From an uncultured Gammaproteobacteria bacterium (lineage in GTDB: Bacteria; Pseudomonadota; Gammaproteobacteria; DRLM01), in NCBI GenBank assembly GCA_963729605.1, contig CAVSNY010000006.1, positions 224,001-288,000 on the forward strand: DNA of 64,000 nucleotides, in the 5' to 3' direction. The translations under genes were made by a program, and so were the position numbers. Each line of letters opens with the position of its first letter. Within the stretch, counting starts at the first letter, position 1. Under the pieces are notes generated by a model that did no database searches, was not told the DNA's origin, and saw only the letters and a program-made list of their open reading frames with translations. Positions 52,893 to 63,976 of this stretch are shown here, one piece after another.

Positions 52893-55061
52893 ATGAAAAG
52901 CATACTTCGGCCGGGACACAATTGCTGGCGCGTCGAACGGGCGGACCGCCTCGCTTTTCTAGTCGACGGCGCCGCCTATTTTCGCGCGCTGCGTCATGCG
53001 ATGACGCGCGCCGAGAAGTCGATCTTGGTCCTGTCTTGGGACATCGACAGCCGATTTCGTTTGATGCGCGACGACGGTTTCGACGACGGTTGGCCCGCGC
53101 CGCTCGGCGAATTCTTCAACGAGCTAGTGCGCCGCAAACGTAAACTGCATACACATATTTTGAGTTGGGACTTCGCGATGATCTTCGCGCTGGACCGCGA
53201 ATGGCTGCCGCTTTACCAGCAGCATTGGAATGCCCAGCGCCGGCTGCATTTTCATATGGACGATTGTCATCCCATGGGCGGATCCCACCATCAGAAGGTG
53301 GTGGTGATCGATGACAGGATCGCCTTTGCCGGCGGCCTCGATCTCACCCTGGGGCGTTGGGACACGCCGGAACACCGGCCCAAGGATCCGCGCCGTATCG
53401 AACTCAACCACGAACCCGGACGGCCCTATCACGACATTCAAGTGGCGGTAACGGGTGCCGCGGCGCGCGCCTTGGGCGATCTGAGTCGCGAACGCTGGTA
53501 TTGCGCCACGGGGAAAAAATTGCGGGCGCCAGCGGTGAGCGGCGATCCCTGGCCGGATTATCTGACGACCGACCTCGACGCGGTGGATGTCGCGATCGTG
53601 CGCACCGTCCCCGAATACGGCAACAACGCCGAGATACGCGAAGGCGAACAACTTTATCTCGACGCCGTCGCGGGGGCCGAACGCTGGATCTACATCGAGA
53701 ACCAGTATTTCACCTCCGCCACCATCGCCGAGGCCTTGGCGGCGCGCCTGCGGGAACCCCACGGTCCGGAAATCGTCATCGTCCTGCCGCTGCGCACCGA
53801 CGGTTGGCTGGCCAACGTCACCATGGACGTGATCCGGCTGCGCCTCTTGCAGAAGTTGGCGAAGGCCGATCACGCCGGGCGGTTGCGGGTGTTTTATCCG
53901 GACATGCCGGGCTTGGAAGAGCAGCCCATCAACGTCCACTCGAAACTCATCATCGTCGATGACGACTTCGTCCGCGTCGGTTCCGCGAATTTAAATAACC
54001 GATCCATGCTGCTGGATACCGAATGCGATCTCGCCGTCGAGGCCGCGGGCGATCCGCGCTTGAGCGAAGGTATCGCCGCTTTTCGTCATCGTTTGCTGGG
54101 CGAACATTTGGGCGCGGAGGTTGGGCAGGTCGCCCTCGCCTTGCGTGAAAAGAATTCCTTGATCGGCGCCATCGAGAGTTTGCGCACTTCGGACCGAACC
54201 TTGAAGCCGCTGGATCTGCCGGAACCGGCCAATGACCTGTGGGCCTCCCCCGAGGTGTTCGATCCCGAATATCCCTACGATCCCGCCCTGGTGGTCCGCC
54301 GGCTGGTGCCGGATGAGGAACGCCCGTCGTTGCGCAGACGCATACTGATGTGGAGTCTGCTGTTGATCTTGATATTGGGCCTCGCCGCCGCCTGGCGCTG
54401 GACGCCGCTTTCGGAGTGGGTGAATCCGCAGATGTTGGCGGAGGAATTTTCCTCGTTGCGGTCGGGGCCGCTGGCGTTCATCGTGGTAATCGCGGTATTT
54501 GTGATCGGGGGTTTGGTGATGATACCGGTGACATTGTTGGTTACCGCCACCATCATCAGCTTCGGCGCGGGCTACGGTTTTTTCTATGCGCTCGCCGGCT
54601 CCTTGTTGAGCGCGCTGGCGACCTACGGATTGGCCAGGTTGATCGGCCGCGCGCGGGTGAGACGGCTCGCCGGCTCGCGGCTCAATCGCATCACCCGCCA
54701 ACTTGCGCAGCGAGGGATCTTGACGGTCTTCATCGTCCGCCTCTTGCCGGTGGCGCCGTTCACCGTCGTCAATCTCGTCGCCGGCGCATCCAACGTCAGC
54801 CTGCGCGATTTCATGCTGGGCACTCTCTTGGGCATGATGCCGGGCGTACTCGCGATCACGCTGCTGGTGGAACGGATCGACGCCGTACTGCACACGCCGT
54901 CAACGGCACATATTCTGACCTTGCTCGGCATGGCCCTGATCGTGGGCATCGCGATTTATCAACTGGTGAAGTGGCTGCGCAAGACGGCGGCGCGGCGAGC
55001 GGAGCAAACAGCGGAAGACGAAGCCTCCGCAACACCCAACCTCAAACCATACGCGGATTGA
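52893..55061 (+). CDS. Phospholipase D/cardiolipin-synthase-like protein fused to a VTT/DedA membrane domain
   Basis: Two HKD motifs (HQKVVVID, HSKLIIVD); C-terminal RLLPVAPF...VNLVAG. Confidence 0.9.
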   Translation: MKSILRPGHNCWRVERADRLAFLVDGAAYFRALRHAMTRAEKSILVLSWDIDSRFRLMRDDGFDDGWPAPLGEFFNELVRRKRKLHTHILSWDFAMIFALDREWLPLYQQHWNAQRRLHFHMDDCHPMGGSHHQKVVVIDDRIAFAGGLDLTLGRWDTPEHRPKDPRRIELNHEPGRPYHDIQVAVTGAAARALGDLSRERWYCATGKKLRAPAVSGDPWPDYLTTDLDAVDVAIVRTVPEYGNNAEIREGEQLYLDAVAGAERWIYIENQYFTSATIAEALAARLREPHGPEIVIVLPLRTDGWLANVTMDVIRLRLLQKLAKADHAGRLRVFYPDMPGLEEQPINVHSKLIIVDDDFVRVGSANLNNRSMLLDTECDLAVEAAGDPRLSEGIAAFRHRLLGEHLGAEVGQVALALREKNSLIGAIESLRTSDRTLKPLDLPEPANDLWASPEVFDPEYPYDPALVVRRLVPDEERPSLRRRILMWSLLLILILGLAAAWRWTPLSEWVNPQMLAEEFSSLRSGPLAFIVVIAVFVIGGLVMIPVTLLVTATIISFGAGYGFFYALAGSLLSALATYGLARLIGRARVRRLAGSRLNRITRQLAQRGILTVFIVRLLPVAPFTVVNLVAGASNVSLRDFMLGTLLGMMPGVLAITLLVERIDAVLHTPSTAHILTLLGMALIVGIAIYQLVKWLRKTAARRAEQTAEDEASATPNLKPYAD

Positions 55062-55167
55062 CCCGGCCACGCACCCGTAAGATCGTCGTTATTCCCGCCA
55101 TTGCCGTCTATCACGAAAGGGCGGTCAGCCAAACCGCCCGCGCCGGCAACGCGGCGCGGGCGGCTCA

Positions 55168-56874
55168 TCACATCGTCCCCAGATCCACCGCGCCGAGGTT
55201 GTCGCCCAACTCGCCCGGCCCGTCGCCCCGGTTAGCGGTATCGCCGAGCCCCAATTGACCCAACTCGTTGAGGCCCCAGCATTTGACGGTACCGTTGTCG
55301 AGGTAGGCGCAATTGAAATTCCAGCCGGACACCACGTCACGTGCGCTGCGCCCCGTGCCTAACTCCACTACAGGCAAGGCATCGCCCATCTCGAAACCGA
55401 TGCTGCCGCGCGGAGACACATCGCCTGTACCAAGTTGCCCGGCGAAATTGGCGCCCCAACACTTCACCGTCGCGTCGTCGAGGATCGCGCAGCTGTGCTG
55501 CAAGCCGGCCGCGACAGCGAGCGCAAGGCGGTTGCTGCCGAGGTTCACCGCCGGCAGCGCGTCGCCCATCTCGCCGGTCTCGTCGCCGCGGTTAAATGTA
55601 GCGCCGACGCCCAGCTGGGCTGAATTATTGAGGCCCCAACATTTGACCTGGCCGTTGTCGAGGACGGCACACGTGTGATCGCGGCCGGCGGCCAAGCGCA
55701 CGGCGGTGCGGCCCGCGCCGAAATCCACCGCGGGCAAACGGTCGCCCATCTCGTTGCCGGCATCGCCGCGATTGAGGGTGTCGCCTATCCCGAGTTGGCC
55801 CCGGTCGTTTTGACCCCAGCATTTCACCGCGCCGTTATCGAGACGGGCACAGGTGCGAAAACCGCCCGCCGCCAGCTCGACGGCGAGACGTCCCGCGCCC
55901 AGATCCACCGCCGGCAAACGGTCGCCCAGATCGGTTGCCAGCCGGCCGCGATGGGCGGTGTCGCCCACCCCGAGCTGGCCGAAGCTATTATTGCCCCAGC
56001 ATTTCACCGCGCCGTTATCGAGGCGCGCGCACGCGTGACCGCTGCCCGCCACCACTTGTGCGGCGCGGCGGCCGGTGCCTAGGTTCACCGCGGGCAGATT
56101 CTGCATTTCACCCGGCGCATCACCTTGAATTTGATCATTGCCGACGCCGAGTTCGCCGACCCGGTTGAGCCCCCAACATTTGACGGAGCCGTCTTCGAGC
56201 CGGGCACAATTAAAGTAATCGCCCGCCACCACGTCCACCGCCGGTCCGCCCAGGGCTACCGCGGGCAGGTTGTCGCCCAACTCACCGGCTTGATCACCGC
56301 GGGCTTGCGTGTCGCCCAGACCGAGCTGGCCGAAGACGTTGTCGCCCCAGCATTTGACCGTGCCTGAATCGGCGCGCAGACAGGTATGGCCCCCGCCGGC
56401 GGCCAAGCGGTTGCCGCCGGTGTTGAATTGCCACTCGTGGGCGGCGGTCAGCGGATTGCCGGCGGGGTCGCGGATGGCGACGCTGAGACTGGCGGTATAA
56501 TCGCCACCCACGAGCAAGGGTTGGCGCGGGGTGAAGGCGGCTTGGGTGCCCTGCAAAGTCACGTCGCCGTCGACACGGCCGGCGGGGCCGGTCAAGGTAA
56601 AACTGTTGACATTGACGGTTGCCGGCGCGAGGGCCTCGTTGAAGGTCACCACGACCACCGGCCCGCTGAGGACCGCGCCCCGGGCGCCCGGCGGCGGCAG
56701 GGTGGCGACGACGCGGGGTGCGACGCTGTCGATCTCCTCGGAGGGGCCCGGGACCTCGTCGTCCGGGGTCCGGGCGTTACGATCGTGATCGTGATAATCG
56801 ATACAGGCACTTAACGAGAGGATGACTACGAGCGGGGCCAACACCCCCCATCGGCGTAATAAAGCGGCAACCAT
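55168..56874 (-). CDS. Lipoprotein with an Ig-like domain and seven long RCC1-type repeats
   Basis: Lipobox LSAC; VTFNEAL...FTP...IRDPAGNPL Ig-like domain; 7x C..(L)DxGxVKCWGxN..(G)QLG. Confidence 0.88.
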   Translation of the reverse strand: MVAALLRRWGVLAPLVVILSLSACIDYHDHDRNARTPDDEVPGPSEEIDSVAPRVVATLPPPGARGAVLSGPVVVVTFNEALAPATVNVNSFTLTGPAGRVDGDVTLQGTQAAFTPRQPLLVGGDYTASLSVAIRDPAGNPLTAAHEWQFNTGGNRLAAGGGHTCLRADSGTVKCWGDNVFGQLGLGDTQARGDQAGELGDNLPAVALGGPAVDVVAGDYFNCARLEDGSVKCWGLNRVGELGVGNDQIQGDAPGEMQNLPAVNLGTGRRAAQVVAGSGHACARLDNGAVKCWGNNSFGQLGVGDTAHRGRLATDLGDRLPAVDLGAGRLAVELAAGGFRTCARLDNGAVKCWGQNDRGQLGIGDTLNRGDAGNEMGDRLPAVDFGAGRTAVRLAAGRDHTCAVLDNGQVKCWGLNNSAQLGVGATFNRGDETGEMGDALPAVNLGSNRLALAVAAGLQHSCAILDDATVKCWGANFAGQLGTGDVSPRGSIGFEMGDALPVVELGTGRSARDVVSGWNFNCAYLDNGTVKCWGLNELGQLGLGDTANRGDGPGELGDNLGAVDLGTM

Positions 56875-57051
56875 AACAAGCCCCCATGCTGGTCAGCAAA
56901 CCCCACACCCGGAATCTTATGTTTTTTTCAATTCAGATCGGCAACACGGCCCTATACTAGCACCAATTTTCCTCGCGCCGCCTTACCCCGATGTGCCGGG
57001 AACGGCGGATTGGGGCGTCGCACCCCGACCCGCCTGCCGGCCCGCGCTACT

Positions 57052-57786
57052 TCACTCCTCGCTGAAGGCCACCCGGTCACCCACCGCCAGTTCCAAGGCT
57101 TGGTCCGCCCGCCCCTGGTTGACCGCGATCTCCACCAGGCCGTTGGCGTTTTCATACCAGAACGCCGCGCCCGGCGGGACGGCGGAGAAGGTGCGCGCCC
57201 GGCCGACGCCGCTGCCCCGCACCTGCACGCGGACCGTATCGCCGAGGCCGGCGGCGCGGGTGCCGGTCATGGCGTTACCGAAATGGTCGATGTAGACGAT
57301 CTCCGCCAAGTCGGCGGGCCAATCGGGCAACAAACGCTCCGCCAATTCGCGGCGCACACCGGGCGGCGGCTCGCCGCGCGCCAAGCGCGCCGCCACCGGC
57401 GCGAACACATCGCGGCCGTGAAACGAGACGGACAAACGCGCCGGCCGCCATTCGATATCCCACCACACCACCTCCGTGCCGCGCGCCGCCACCACATTGA
57501 ACAAACCGTTATCCGGTCCGACGAACCAGCGCCCGTCCACCTGCACCGCGGCGGGACGGCGCTCCGGGTCGCCGACCCCCGGGTCCACCACGGCTAAAAA
57601 TACCGCGTCATTGGGAAATTCATCGGCGTAGGCGGCCAGCAGATAGGCCGCCGCCCGGGGATTGTAACCAGGCGCGTTGGTGAAGAGATCGATCACGGGG
57701 TGACCCGGCGCGTCCCGTTGCAGCACGGCCTTCATCTGGCCGAGATAAGGCCCGTCGCCGCCGAAATCGGTGAAGGTCACGATCAT
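57052..57786 (-). CDS. SAM hydroxide adenosyltransferase / SAM-dependent halogenase family (DUF62)
   Basis: FTDFG, VVDPGVG, GPDNG, FHGRDVFAP, IDHFGN. Confidence 0.9.
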   Translation of the reverse strand: MIVTFTDFGGDGPYLGQMKAVLQRDAPGHPVIDLFTNAPGYNPRAAAYLLAAYADEFPNDAVFLAVVDPGVGDPERRPAAVQVDGRWFVGPDNGLFNVVAARGTEVVWWDIEWRPARLSVSFHGRDVFAPVAARLARGEPPPGVRRELAERLLPDWPADLAEIVYIDHFGNAMTGTRAAGLGDTVRVQVRGSGVGRARTFSAVPPGAAFWYENANGLVEIAVNQGRADQALELAVGDRVAFSEE

Positions 57787-57870
57787 GGAACTGGCATCCT
57801 GCGTCCGCTGGGTCGGCATGCGCGTGCGCACCCCAGGCGATTTTAAACCAAGCGCGGGCGAGCCCGCTCA

Positions 57871-58146
57871 TCAATCTGAAAAAAGCGGTTGGACACGGAG
57901 GACACGGAGATCACGGAGGAAAACCAATGACTGTGTACTGATCGACGTCACACTACGGGTGAATCCCCGTGCCCTTCATGTCCTCCGTAGTTTGTATTCG
58001 CGGCTTTTAGGATGAAATAAAAAGCCGGCAATGTCCCACTTTTGGTTCACATGAGGTCCTTGTTATTCAGCGGTAGGCGGTTCCAATGCGACAATCTCCC
58101 GCTTCTCCGTGCCCTCCGTGATTCGGATCCGCGGTTTTTAGAATGA
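57871..58146. repeat. CACGGAG-triplet palindromic element plus a partial second copy
   Basis: CACGGAG x3 at 9-nt period (57894-57918) with degenerate complements at 57965-57989; second right half at 58105-58146. Confidence 0.7.
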
Positions 58147-58189
58147 AAAACGAAAAAGCCGGGCAATGCCCGGCTTTTTCGTTTTTCAT
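58143..58189 (-). terminator. Alpha-operon intrinsic terminator
   Basis: Perfect 22-bp stem ATGAAAAACGAAAAAGCCGGGC-AAT-GCCCGGCTTTTTCGTTTTTCAT just after rplQ. Confidence 0.9.
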
Positions 58190-58199
58190 GAGCTCCGCT

Positions 58200-58592
58200 T
58201 TATTCGGCGGTGGGCGGTTCCGCCGCCTCCGACTGCGGGCGATCCACCAATTCGACATAGGCCATGGGCGCGCTGTCGCCGGCACGGAAGCCGCACTTCA
58301 AGATGCGCAGATAACCGCCGGGGCGCTGCTTGTAACGGGGGCCCAGCTCGTTGAAGAGCTTGGTCACCATCTCGCGATCGCGAATACGATCGAAGGCCAG
58401 GCGACGACCGGCCAGGCTGTCGCTCTTCGCCATCGTAATCAAGGGCTCGGCGACCCGGCGCAATTCTTTGGCCTTGGGCAAGGTGGTCTTGATCGCTTCA
58501 TGACGCAGCAGCGAAACGGCCATATTGCGCATCAGCGCCTTGCGATGACTACTGTTCCGGCTCAACTGCCGGCCTATATTGCGATGACGCAT
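58200..58592 (-). CDS. rplQ: 50S ribosomal protein L17
   Basis: [27 protein letters not shown]. Confidence 0.97.
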   Translation of the reverse strand: MRHRNIGRQLSRNSSHRKALMRNMAVSLLRHEAIKTTLPKAKELRRVAEPLITMAKSDSLAGRRLAFDRIRDREMVTKLFNELGPRYKQRPGGYLRILKCGFRAGDSAPMAYVELVDRPQSEAAEPPTAE

Positions 58593-58666
58593 CGTCGATT
58601 ATCCTTTTACTTCAATTCAAACTCGTCCACCGATGTCCGGCGGCAACTGGGCGCCGGACAGGGGTT

Positions 58667-59677
58667 TCAGACCGGTGCTTTTTCTTTAATCGCCTTGTCC
58701 TGCAAACTGGCGGGCGGCCAGTTTTCCAGACGCATGCCGAGCGACAGGCCATGGGAGGCCAATACATCTTTGATCTCGGTCAGCGATTTCTTGCCCAGAT
58801 TAGGCGTCTTCAACAATTCCACTTCGGTACGCTGAATCAGATCGCCGATGAAATAGATGTTCTCGGCCTTGAGGCAATTGGCCGCGCGCACGGTCAGCTC
58901 CAGATCGTCCACCGGCCGCAGCAGAATGGGATCGATCTCGGCCTCATGGGTGGCGATGGCGTGTTCTTCCTTGCCTTCCAAATCCACGAACACCGACAGC
59001 TGTTCGCGAAGAATGGTGGCGGCGCGCCGCACCGCCTCTTCGGCGTCGATGCTGCCGTTGGTCTCCAACTCCAGCACCAGCTTGTCCAGGTCGGTGCGCT
59101 GCTCGACACGGGCGCTTTCCACCACGTAGGAGACGCGGCGCACCGGGCTGAAGGACGCGTCCAACTGCAACTTGCCGATGGGACGGTCGCGATCACCGGG
59201 CACCACGCGGCCCACGGCCGGCTGATAACCGCGGCCGCGTTCGACCTTCAGCGTCATATTCAACTCACCCACCTTGGTGAGATGAGCGATGACATGCTCG
59301 GGGTTGACCAGTTCGATGTCGTGGCTGAGCTCGATGTCTTTGGCCAACACGGCACCGGGACCCTTTTTCTTGAGGGTCAGAGTCGCCGCATCGCGGCCGG
59401 CCATGCGCAGCGACAGACCCTTCAGGTTCAGCAGGATTTCGATGACGTCTTCCTGCACACCTTCAATGGTGGTGTACTCATGCAGCACGTTCTCGATTTC
59501 CACTTCGGTCACCGCCGCGCCGGGCATCGACGACAACAGAATCCGGCGCAAGGCATTACCCAAAGTATGCCCGAAGCCGCGCTCCAAAGGCTCGATGGTG
59601 ATCTTGGCCCGATTGGGATCAACCGCCTGCACGTCCACCGAACGTGGTTTTAAAAACTCAGCAACTGAGCCTTGCAT
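58667..59677 (-). CDS. rpoA: RNA polymerase alpha subunit
   Basis: [29 protein letters not shown]. Confidence 0.98.
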   Translation of the reverse strand: MQGSVAEFLKPRSVDVQAVDPNRAKITIEPLERGFGHTLGNALRRILLSSMPGAAVTEVEIENVLHEYTTIEGVQEDVIEILLNLKGLSLRMAGRDAATLTLKKKGPGAVLAKDIELSHDIELVNPEHVIAHLTKVGELNMTLKVERGRGYQPAVGRVVPGDRDRPIGKLQLDASFSPVRRVSYVVESARVEQRTDLDKLVLELETNGSIDAEEAVRRAATILREQLSVFVDLEGKEEHAIATHEAEIDPILLRPVDDLELTVRAANCLKAENIYFIGDLIQRTEVELLKTPNLGKKSLTEIKDVLASHGLSLGMRLENWPPASLQDKAIKEKAPV

Positions 59678-59746
59678 GAAACGCCCTCTCTTTTACGCGC
59701 GAATCACTTCGCAACGAAACCTTGCCGTATCTGAAAACCGATCGCT

Positions 59747-60373
59747 TTACTTCGAGTACAACTCGACGACCAAGTGCTCGTTGATTTCCGGCGGCAGGTC
59801 ACCGCGCTCAGGCACCGCCTTAAACACGCCTTGCATCTTTTCGACATCCACGTCCAGCCAGTCGGCGAAGCCGCGCTGTTTGGCCAGTTCCAAAGCGGCC
59901 TGGATGCGCAATTGCTTCCTGGCCCATTCGGCGACCGAAACCACGTCGCTGGGTTTGACTTGGTAGCTGGGGATGTTGACCTTCTGGCCGTTCACCATCA
60001 AACCATTGTGGCGAACCAATTGGCGCGCCTCGCTGCGCGAGGAACCGAAACCCATGCGATGGGCAACGGTGTCCAGACGGCACTCCAGCAACTGCAACAA
60101 ACGTTCGCCGGTGGAGCCTTTGCGGCGATCCGCCTCTTTGTAGTAACCGCGGAACTGCCGTTCCAAGACCCCGTAGATACGACGCAGCTTTTGCTTTTCG
60201 CGCAGCTGCACGGCGTAATCCGACAAACGCGTCCGGCGCTGGCCATGCTGGCCGGGCGGGAAGGCGCGTTTTTCAACGGCGCACTTGGAGGTAAAACATT
60301 TTTCGCCTTTGAGGAAGAGTTTTTCACCCTCACGGCGACACAAACGACACTTAGGACCAATGTACTTAGCCAC
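59747..60373 (-). CDS. rpsD: 30S ribosomal protein S4 (Cys-containing form)
   Basis: GTG start; [23 protein letters not shown]. Confidence 0.97.
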   Translation of the reverse strand: MAKYIGPKCRLCRREGEKLFLKGEKCFTSKCAVEKRAFPPGQHGQRRTRLSDYAVQLREKQKLRRIYGVLERQFRGYYKEADRRKGSTGERLLQLLECRLDTVAHRMGFGSSRSEARQLVRHNGLMVNGQKVNIPSYQVKPSDVVSVAEWARKQLRIQAALELAKQRGFADWLDVDVEKMQGVFKAVPERGDLPPEINEHLVVELYSK

Positions 60374-60387
60374 GCTAACCTCCCAGC

Positions 60388-60777
60388 CTAGACACGACGC
60401 TTCTTCGGCGGACGACACCCGTTGTGGGGGATCGGCGTCACATCGGTGATGCTGTTAATTTTGAAACCCACGCTATGCAGACCGCGCACTGCGGAATCAC
60501 GCCCCGGACCCGGACCCTTCACGAACACCTCGACGTTTTTGACGCCGAATTCGTTGGCGACTTGTCCGGCCTTATCGGCGGCCACCTGAGCGGCGAAGGG
60601 CGTGCTTTTACGCGAACCCTTGAAGCCACAGGCCCCGGCCGAAGACCAGGACAAGGTGTTACCTTGCCGGTCGGTGATGGTGATGATGGTGTTGTTGAAG
60701 GAGGCCTGGATGTGCGCCACCGCATCAACGACATTCTTTTTCACACGCTTGCGCGTGCGCGCAGTCGCTTTCGCCAT
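60388..60777 (-). CDS. rpsK: 30S ribosomal protein S11
   Basis: [28 protein letters not shown]. Confidence 0.98.
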   Translation of the reverse strand: MAKATARTRKRVKKNVVDAVAHIQASFNNTIITITDRQGNTLSWSSAGACGFKGSRKSTPFAAQVAADKAGQVANEFGVKNVEVFVKGPGPGRDSAVRGLHSVGFKINSITDVTPIPHNGCRPPKKRRV

Positions 60778-60813
60778 ATTAAGAAATTCCCAGTGATCGA
60801 CTATCCGTTAACA

Positions 60814-61170
60814 TTACTTACGCACGGCGCGGCGCGGGCCCTTACGGGTGCGGGCGTTAGTACGCGTACGTTGGCCGCGCAGCGGCAGGCCGCGGCGGTG
60901 GCGTAGCCCGCGATAGGTCCCAAGATCCATCAAACGTTTGATGTTCATGGAGATATCACGACGCAGGTCACCTTCAACCTTCAACTTGCCAACCTCGGTT
61001 CGCAGCAATTCGAGCTGCGCTTCAGTCAGTTCCTTCACCTTCATCTCAGGGGCGACACCGGCCGCCTGACAAATGTCACGGGCGCGCGTGCGGCCGATAC
61101 CATAGATGGACGTCAAGGCGATGACTGCATGCTTCTGAACCGGAATATTGATCCCAGCAATACGGGCCAT
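60814..61170 (-). CDS. rpsM: 30S ribosomal protein S13
   Basis: [24 protein letters not shown]. Confidence 0.98.
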   Translation of the reverse strand: MARIAGINIPVQKHAVIALTSIYGIGRTRARDICQAAGVAPEMKVKELTEAQLELLRTEVGKLKVEGDLRRDISMNIKRLMDLGTYRGLRHRRGLPLRGQRTRTNARTRKGPRRAVRK

Positions 61171-61292
61171 TCAAATACTCTCCTAAAAACCCTAAGGCGC
61201 TTCGCGAAAACCCGTAACTCTACCGTTTTCACGTCAAAATTACAACAACCGCGGTCTAGTCCACTCCGCCAACGACCAGACCCGACACCCGC

Positions 61293-61406
61293 TCAACCTT
61301 GGCGTTGTTTATGGCGGGCTTCGGCGCAGATGACCCGCACCACACCCTTGCGGCGGACGATCTTGCAGTTACGGCACACTTTTTTTACTGACGCTTGTAC
61401 TTTCAT
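61293..61406 (-). CDS. rpmJ: 50S ribosomal protein L36 (not in the ORF track)
   Basis: Manual translation [37 protein letters not shown]. Confidence 0.96.
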   Translation of the reverse strand: MKVQASVKKVCRNCKIVRRKGVVRVICAEARHKQRQG

Positions 61407-61479
61407 ACTCAATCCCCTTTACAAAATCGGTCCCCCGCTACTGGCCATTAAGCCCAGAAGGGAGGGCGGCACCGCTGAA

Positions 61480-62814
61480 TCAGCGCAAGACACCGGAGCG
61501 GCCATGCCCTTTGAGATTCGCCTTTTTCAGCAAGCCATCATACTGGTGCGACATGAGATGGGCCTGCAACTGGGCGATGAAGTCCATCACCACCACCACC
61601 ACGATCAGCAGCGAGGTGCCTCCAAAGTAAAAAGGCACGCTCCACGACACGATCAAAAACTCCGGCAGCAAACAGACCGCCGTCACATATATGGCGCCGA
61701 TCAAGGTCAAACGCGTCATCACGGTATCAATGTAACGGGCGGTTTGATCACCGGGACGGATGCCGGGAATAAAGGCCCCGGATTTTTTCAAATTGTCCGC
61801 GGTGTCACGCGGATTGAACACCAGCGCCGTATAAAAGAAACAGAAAAAGATAATGGCGACGGCGAACAAAATCACATACACCGGCTGACCGGGCGACAAC
61901 ATGGTCGCGATGTCCTGCACCCAGCTACCTCCCTCACCGGTGCCGAACCAGCCGGCGATGGTGGCGGGAAATAAAATGATACTTGAGGCGAAGATCGGCG
62001 GAATCACACCCGCCATATTCACCTTCAACGGCAAATGGCTGGCCTGCCCGGCGTAGACCTTCCGCCCCTGCTGGCGCTTGGCGTAATTGACGGTGATCCG
62101 CCGCTGACCGCGTTCCACGAATACCACGAACCAGGTCACCGCGACCGCCAGCACGAACAAAAACAGAACGATGAACGGTGACAACTCACCCGTCCGCGCC
62201 AATTCCAACGAACCGCCAATGGCCGAAGGCAGACCCGCTACGATACTGGCGAAGATAATGATGGAAATACCATTACCAATCCCGCGCTCGGTGACCTGCT
62301 CACCCAGCCACATCAAAAATATCGTACCCGCCACCAAGGTGATGATCGCGGTAACCATAAACGCGGTCCCGGGCTCGATCACTACCGACACGCCGCCCAC
62401 GGTTTGACGCTGCAACGCGAGGGCCACGCCGGTAGCCTGGAACAACGCCAACACCACGGTAAAGTAACGGGTGTATTGAGTAATCTTGCGTCGGCCCGAT
62501 TCACCCTCTTTTTTCAGCTGCTCGAGCCGCGGCCATACCGTGGTCAGCAACTGAATAATAATCGACGCGGAGATGTAGGGCATGATCCCCAGCGCAAAGA
62601 CCGCCACCCGCTCCAGCGCGCCTCCCGAAAACATGTTGAACATGTCGAGGATCGTGCCGCGCTGCTGATCGAACAAGGCCGCCAAGGCGGTGGGATTGAT
62701 GCCCGGCACGGGGATCACCGCACCGATGCGGAAAATCACCAGCGCGCCGAGTACAAACAGCAAACGCTGCTTGACTTCAGTCCATTTCGTAATGTCACCG
62801 AGGGGGTTAGCCAT
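61480..62814 (-). CDS. secY: Preprotein translocase SecY
   Basis: [27 protein letters not shown]. Confidence 0.98.
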   Translation of the reverse strand: MANPLGDITKWTEVKQRLLFVLGALVIFRIGAVIPVPGINPTALAALFDQQRGTILDMFNMFSGGALERVAVFALGIMPYISASIIIQLLTTVWPRLEQLKKEGESGRRKITQYTRYFTVVLALFQATGVALALQRQTVGGVSVVIEPGTAFMVTAIITLVAGTIFLMWLGEQVTERGIGNGISIIIFASIVAGLPSAIGGSLELARTGELSPFIVLFLFVLAVAVTWFVVFVERGQRRITVNYAKRQQGRKVYAGQASHLPLKVNMAGVIPPIFASSIILFPATIAGWFGTGEGGSWVQDIATMLSPGQPVYVILFAVAIIFFCFFYTALVFNPRDTADNLKKSGAFIPGIRPGDQTARYIDTVMTRLTLIGAIYVTAVCLLPEFLIVSWSVPFYFGGTSLLIVVVVVMDFIAQLQAHLMSHQYDGLLKKANLKGHGRSGVLR

Positions 62815-62834
62815 GATAGATCGAATCGGCTCGT

Positions 62835-63269
62835 TTAATCTTCAATTTTTCCGCCGGCCGCCTCGATCGCCGCCCGCGCGCCTTTGGTAACCGCCAAGCC
62901 GCGCAAATTCACTTTGCCCGCCAGTTCGCCGGAAAAAATCACCTTGGCGCGCTGGGTTTGCTGAGGGACCACGTTGCTCGCCTTCAACGCCATCAGATCG
63001 ATGACGTCGGCATTGACCTTGGCCAGCTCGTTGAGGCGCACCTCGGCGGTCTCGCGCGCGATGTGCGAACGGAAACCGACCTTGGGCAAACGGCGTTGCA
63101 AAGGCATCTGTCCGCCTTCGAAACCGACTTTATGGAATCCGCCGGCACGCGCGCTTTGGCCTTTATGGCCGCGGCCGCAGGTTTTGCCGAGACCGGAACC
63201 GATACCGCGCCCGACGCGTTTACGCGACTGCTTGGCGCCTTCGGCCGGTTTGATAGTATTCAAACGCAT
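62835..63269 (-). CDS. rplO: 50S ribosomal protein L15
   Basis: [25 protein letters not shown]. Confidence 0.98.
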   Translation of the reverse strand: MRLNTIKPAEGAKQSRKRVGRGIGSGLGKTCGRGHKGQSARAGGFHKVGFEGGQMPLQRRLPKVGFRSHIARETAEVRLNELAKVNADVIDLMALKASNVVPQQTQRAKVIFSGELAGKVNLRGLAVTKGARAAIEAAGGKIED

Positions 63270-63271
63270 GA

Positions 63272-63460
63272 TTAAGCTTCCTCGATCTTGAGCAGGTAGG
63301 CGATCTTGTCCGCCATGCCGCGAATAGCCGGGGTATCTTGCACCACCACTGAATGGTGCATACGGCGCAGGCCCAGGCCCAAGACGCAGGCGCGATGGCT
63401 TTTCGCCCTGCCGAACTGGCTGCGCACCAGGGTCAATTTGAGTTTTTTTGCGGTCGTCAT
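63272..63460 (-). CDS. rpmD: 50S ribosomal protein L30
   Basis: [18 protein letters not shown]; located between rpsE and rplO. Confidence 0.95.
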   Translation of the reverse strand: MTTAKKLKLTLVRSQFGRAKSHRACVLGLGLRRMHHSVVVQDTPAIRGMADKIAYLLKIEEA

Positions 63461-63466
63461 GAGGTA

Positions 63467-63976
63467 TCAGCCTAAAATGTCTTCGACGCGTTTACCGCGT
63501 TTGGCGGCCACCGACTCGGCGTCGGCCATGCCGGTCAGCGCCTTCACCGTGGCGCGCACCACGTTGACCGGATTACTGGACCCGATGCATTTGGCCAACA
63601 CGTCGCGTACGCCGATCACCTCCAACACGGCGCGCATGGCGCCGCCGGCGATGATGCCCGTACCTTCCGAAGCCGGCTGCATATAGACCTTGGCCGCGCC
63701 ATGGCGGGCGGTGACCACATGCTGCAGGGTCACCCCTTTCAGCTTGACGTTACGCATATTGCGGCGGGCGTCTTCCATCGCTTTGGAGATGGCCGCCGGC
63801 ACTTCGCGCGCCTTGCCGCGACCGAAACCGACCCGGCCTTTGCCGTCGCCTACCACGGTCAATGCCGAGAAGCCGAAGATCCGGCCACCCTTCACCACCT
63901 TGGAGACACGGCGCACCGCGACCAATTTCTCTTGAAGCTCATCACCGCTTTCGGCGGGTGTTTCAAAACGAACCAT
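63467..63976 (-). CDS. rpsE: 30S ribosomal protein S5
   Basis: [22 protein letters not shown]; the second ATG has the AAGGA RBS. Confidence 0.97.
   Translation of the reverse strand: MVRFETPAESGDELQEKLVAVRRVSKVVKGGRIFGFSALTVVGDGKGRVGFGRGKAREVPAAISKAMEDARRNMRNVKLKGVTLQHVVTARHGAAKVYMQPASEGTGIIAGGAMRAVLEVIGVRDVLAKCIGSSNPVNVVRATVKALTGMADAESVAAKRGKRVEDILG

Noticed and set aside
55168-56400. DNA tandem repeats as a diversity-generating or VNTR locus
   Set aside because: Explained by divergent protein-level RCC1 repeats; no reverse transcriptase or template/variable pair seen.
57052-57786. Fluorinase/chlorinase with a halometabolite cluster
   Set aside because: Has the FHGRD motif of the widespread DUF62 hydrolases and no biosynthetic neighbours.
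57894-57918. CRISPR-like short repeats
   Set aside because: 7-nt units at 9-nt period with no spacers and no cas genes.
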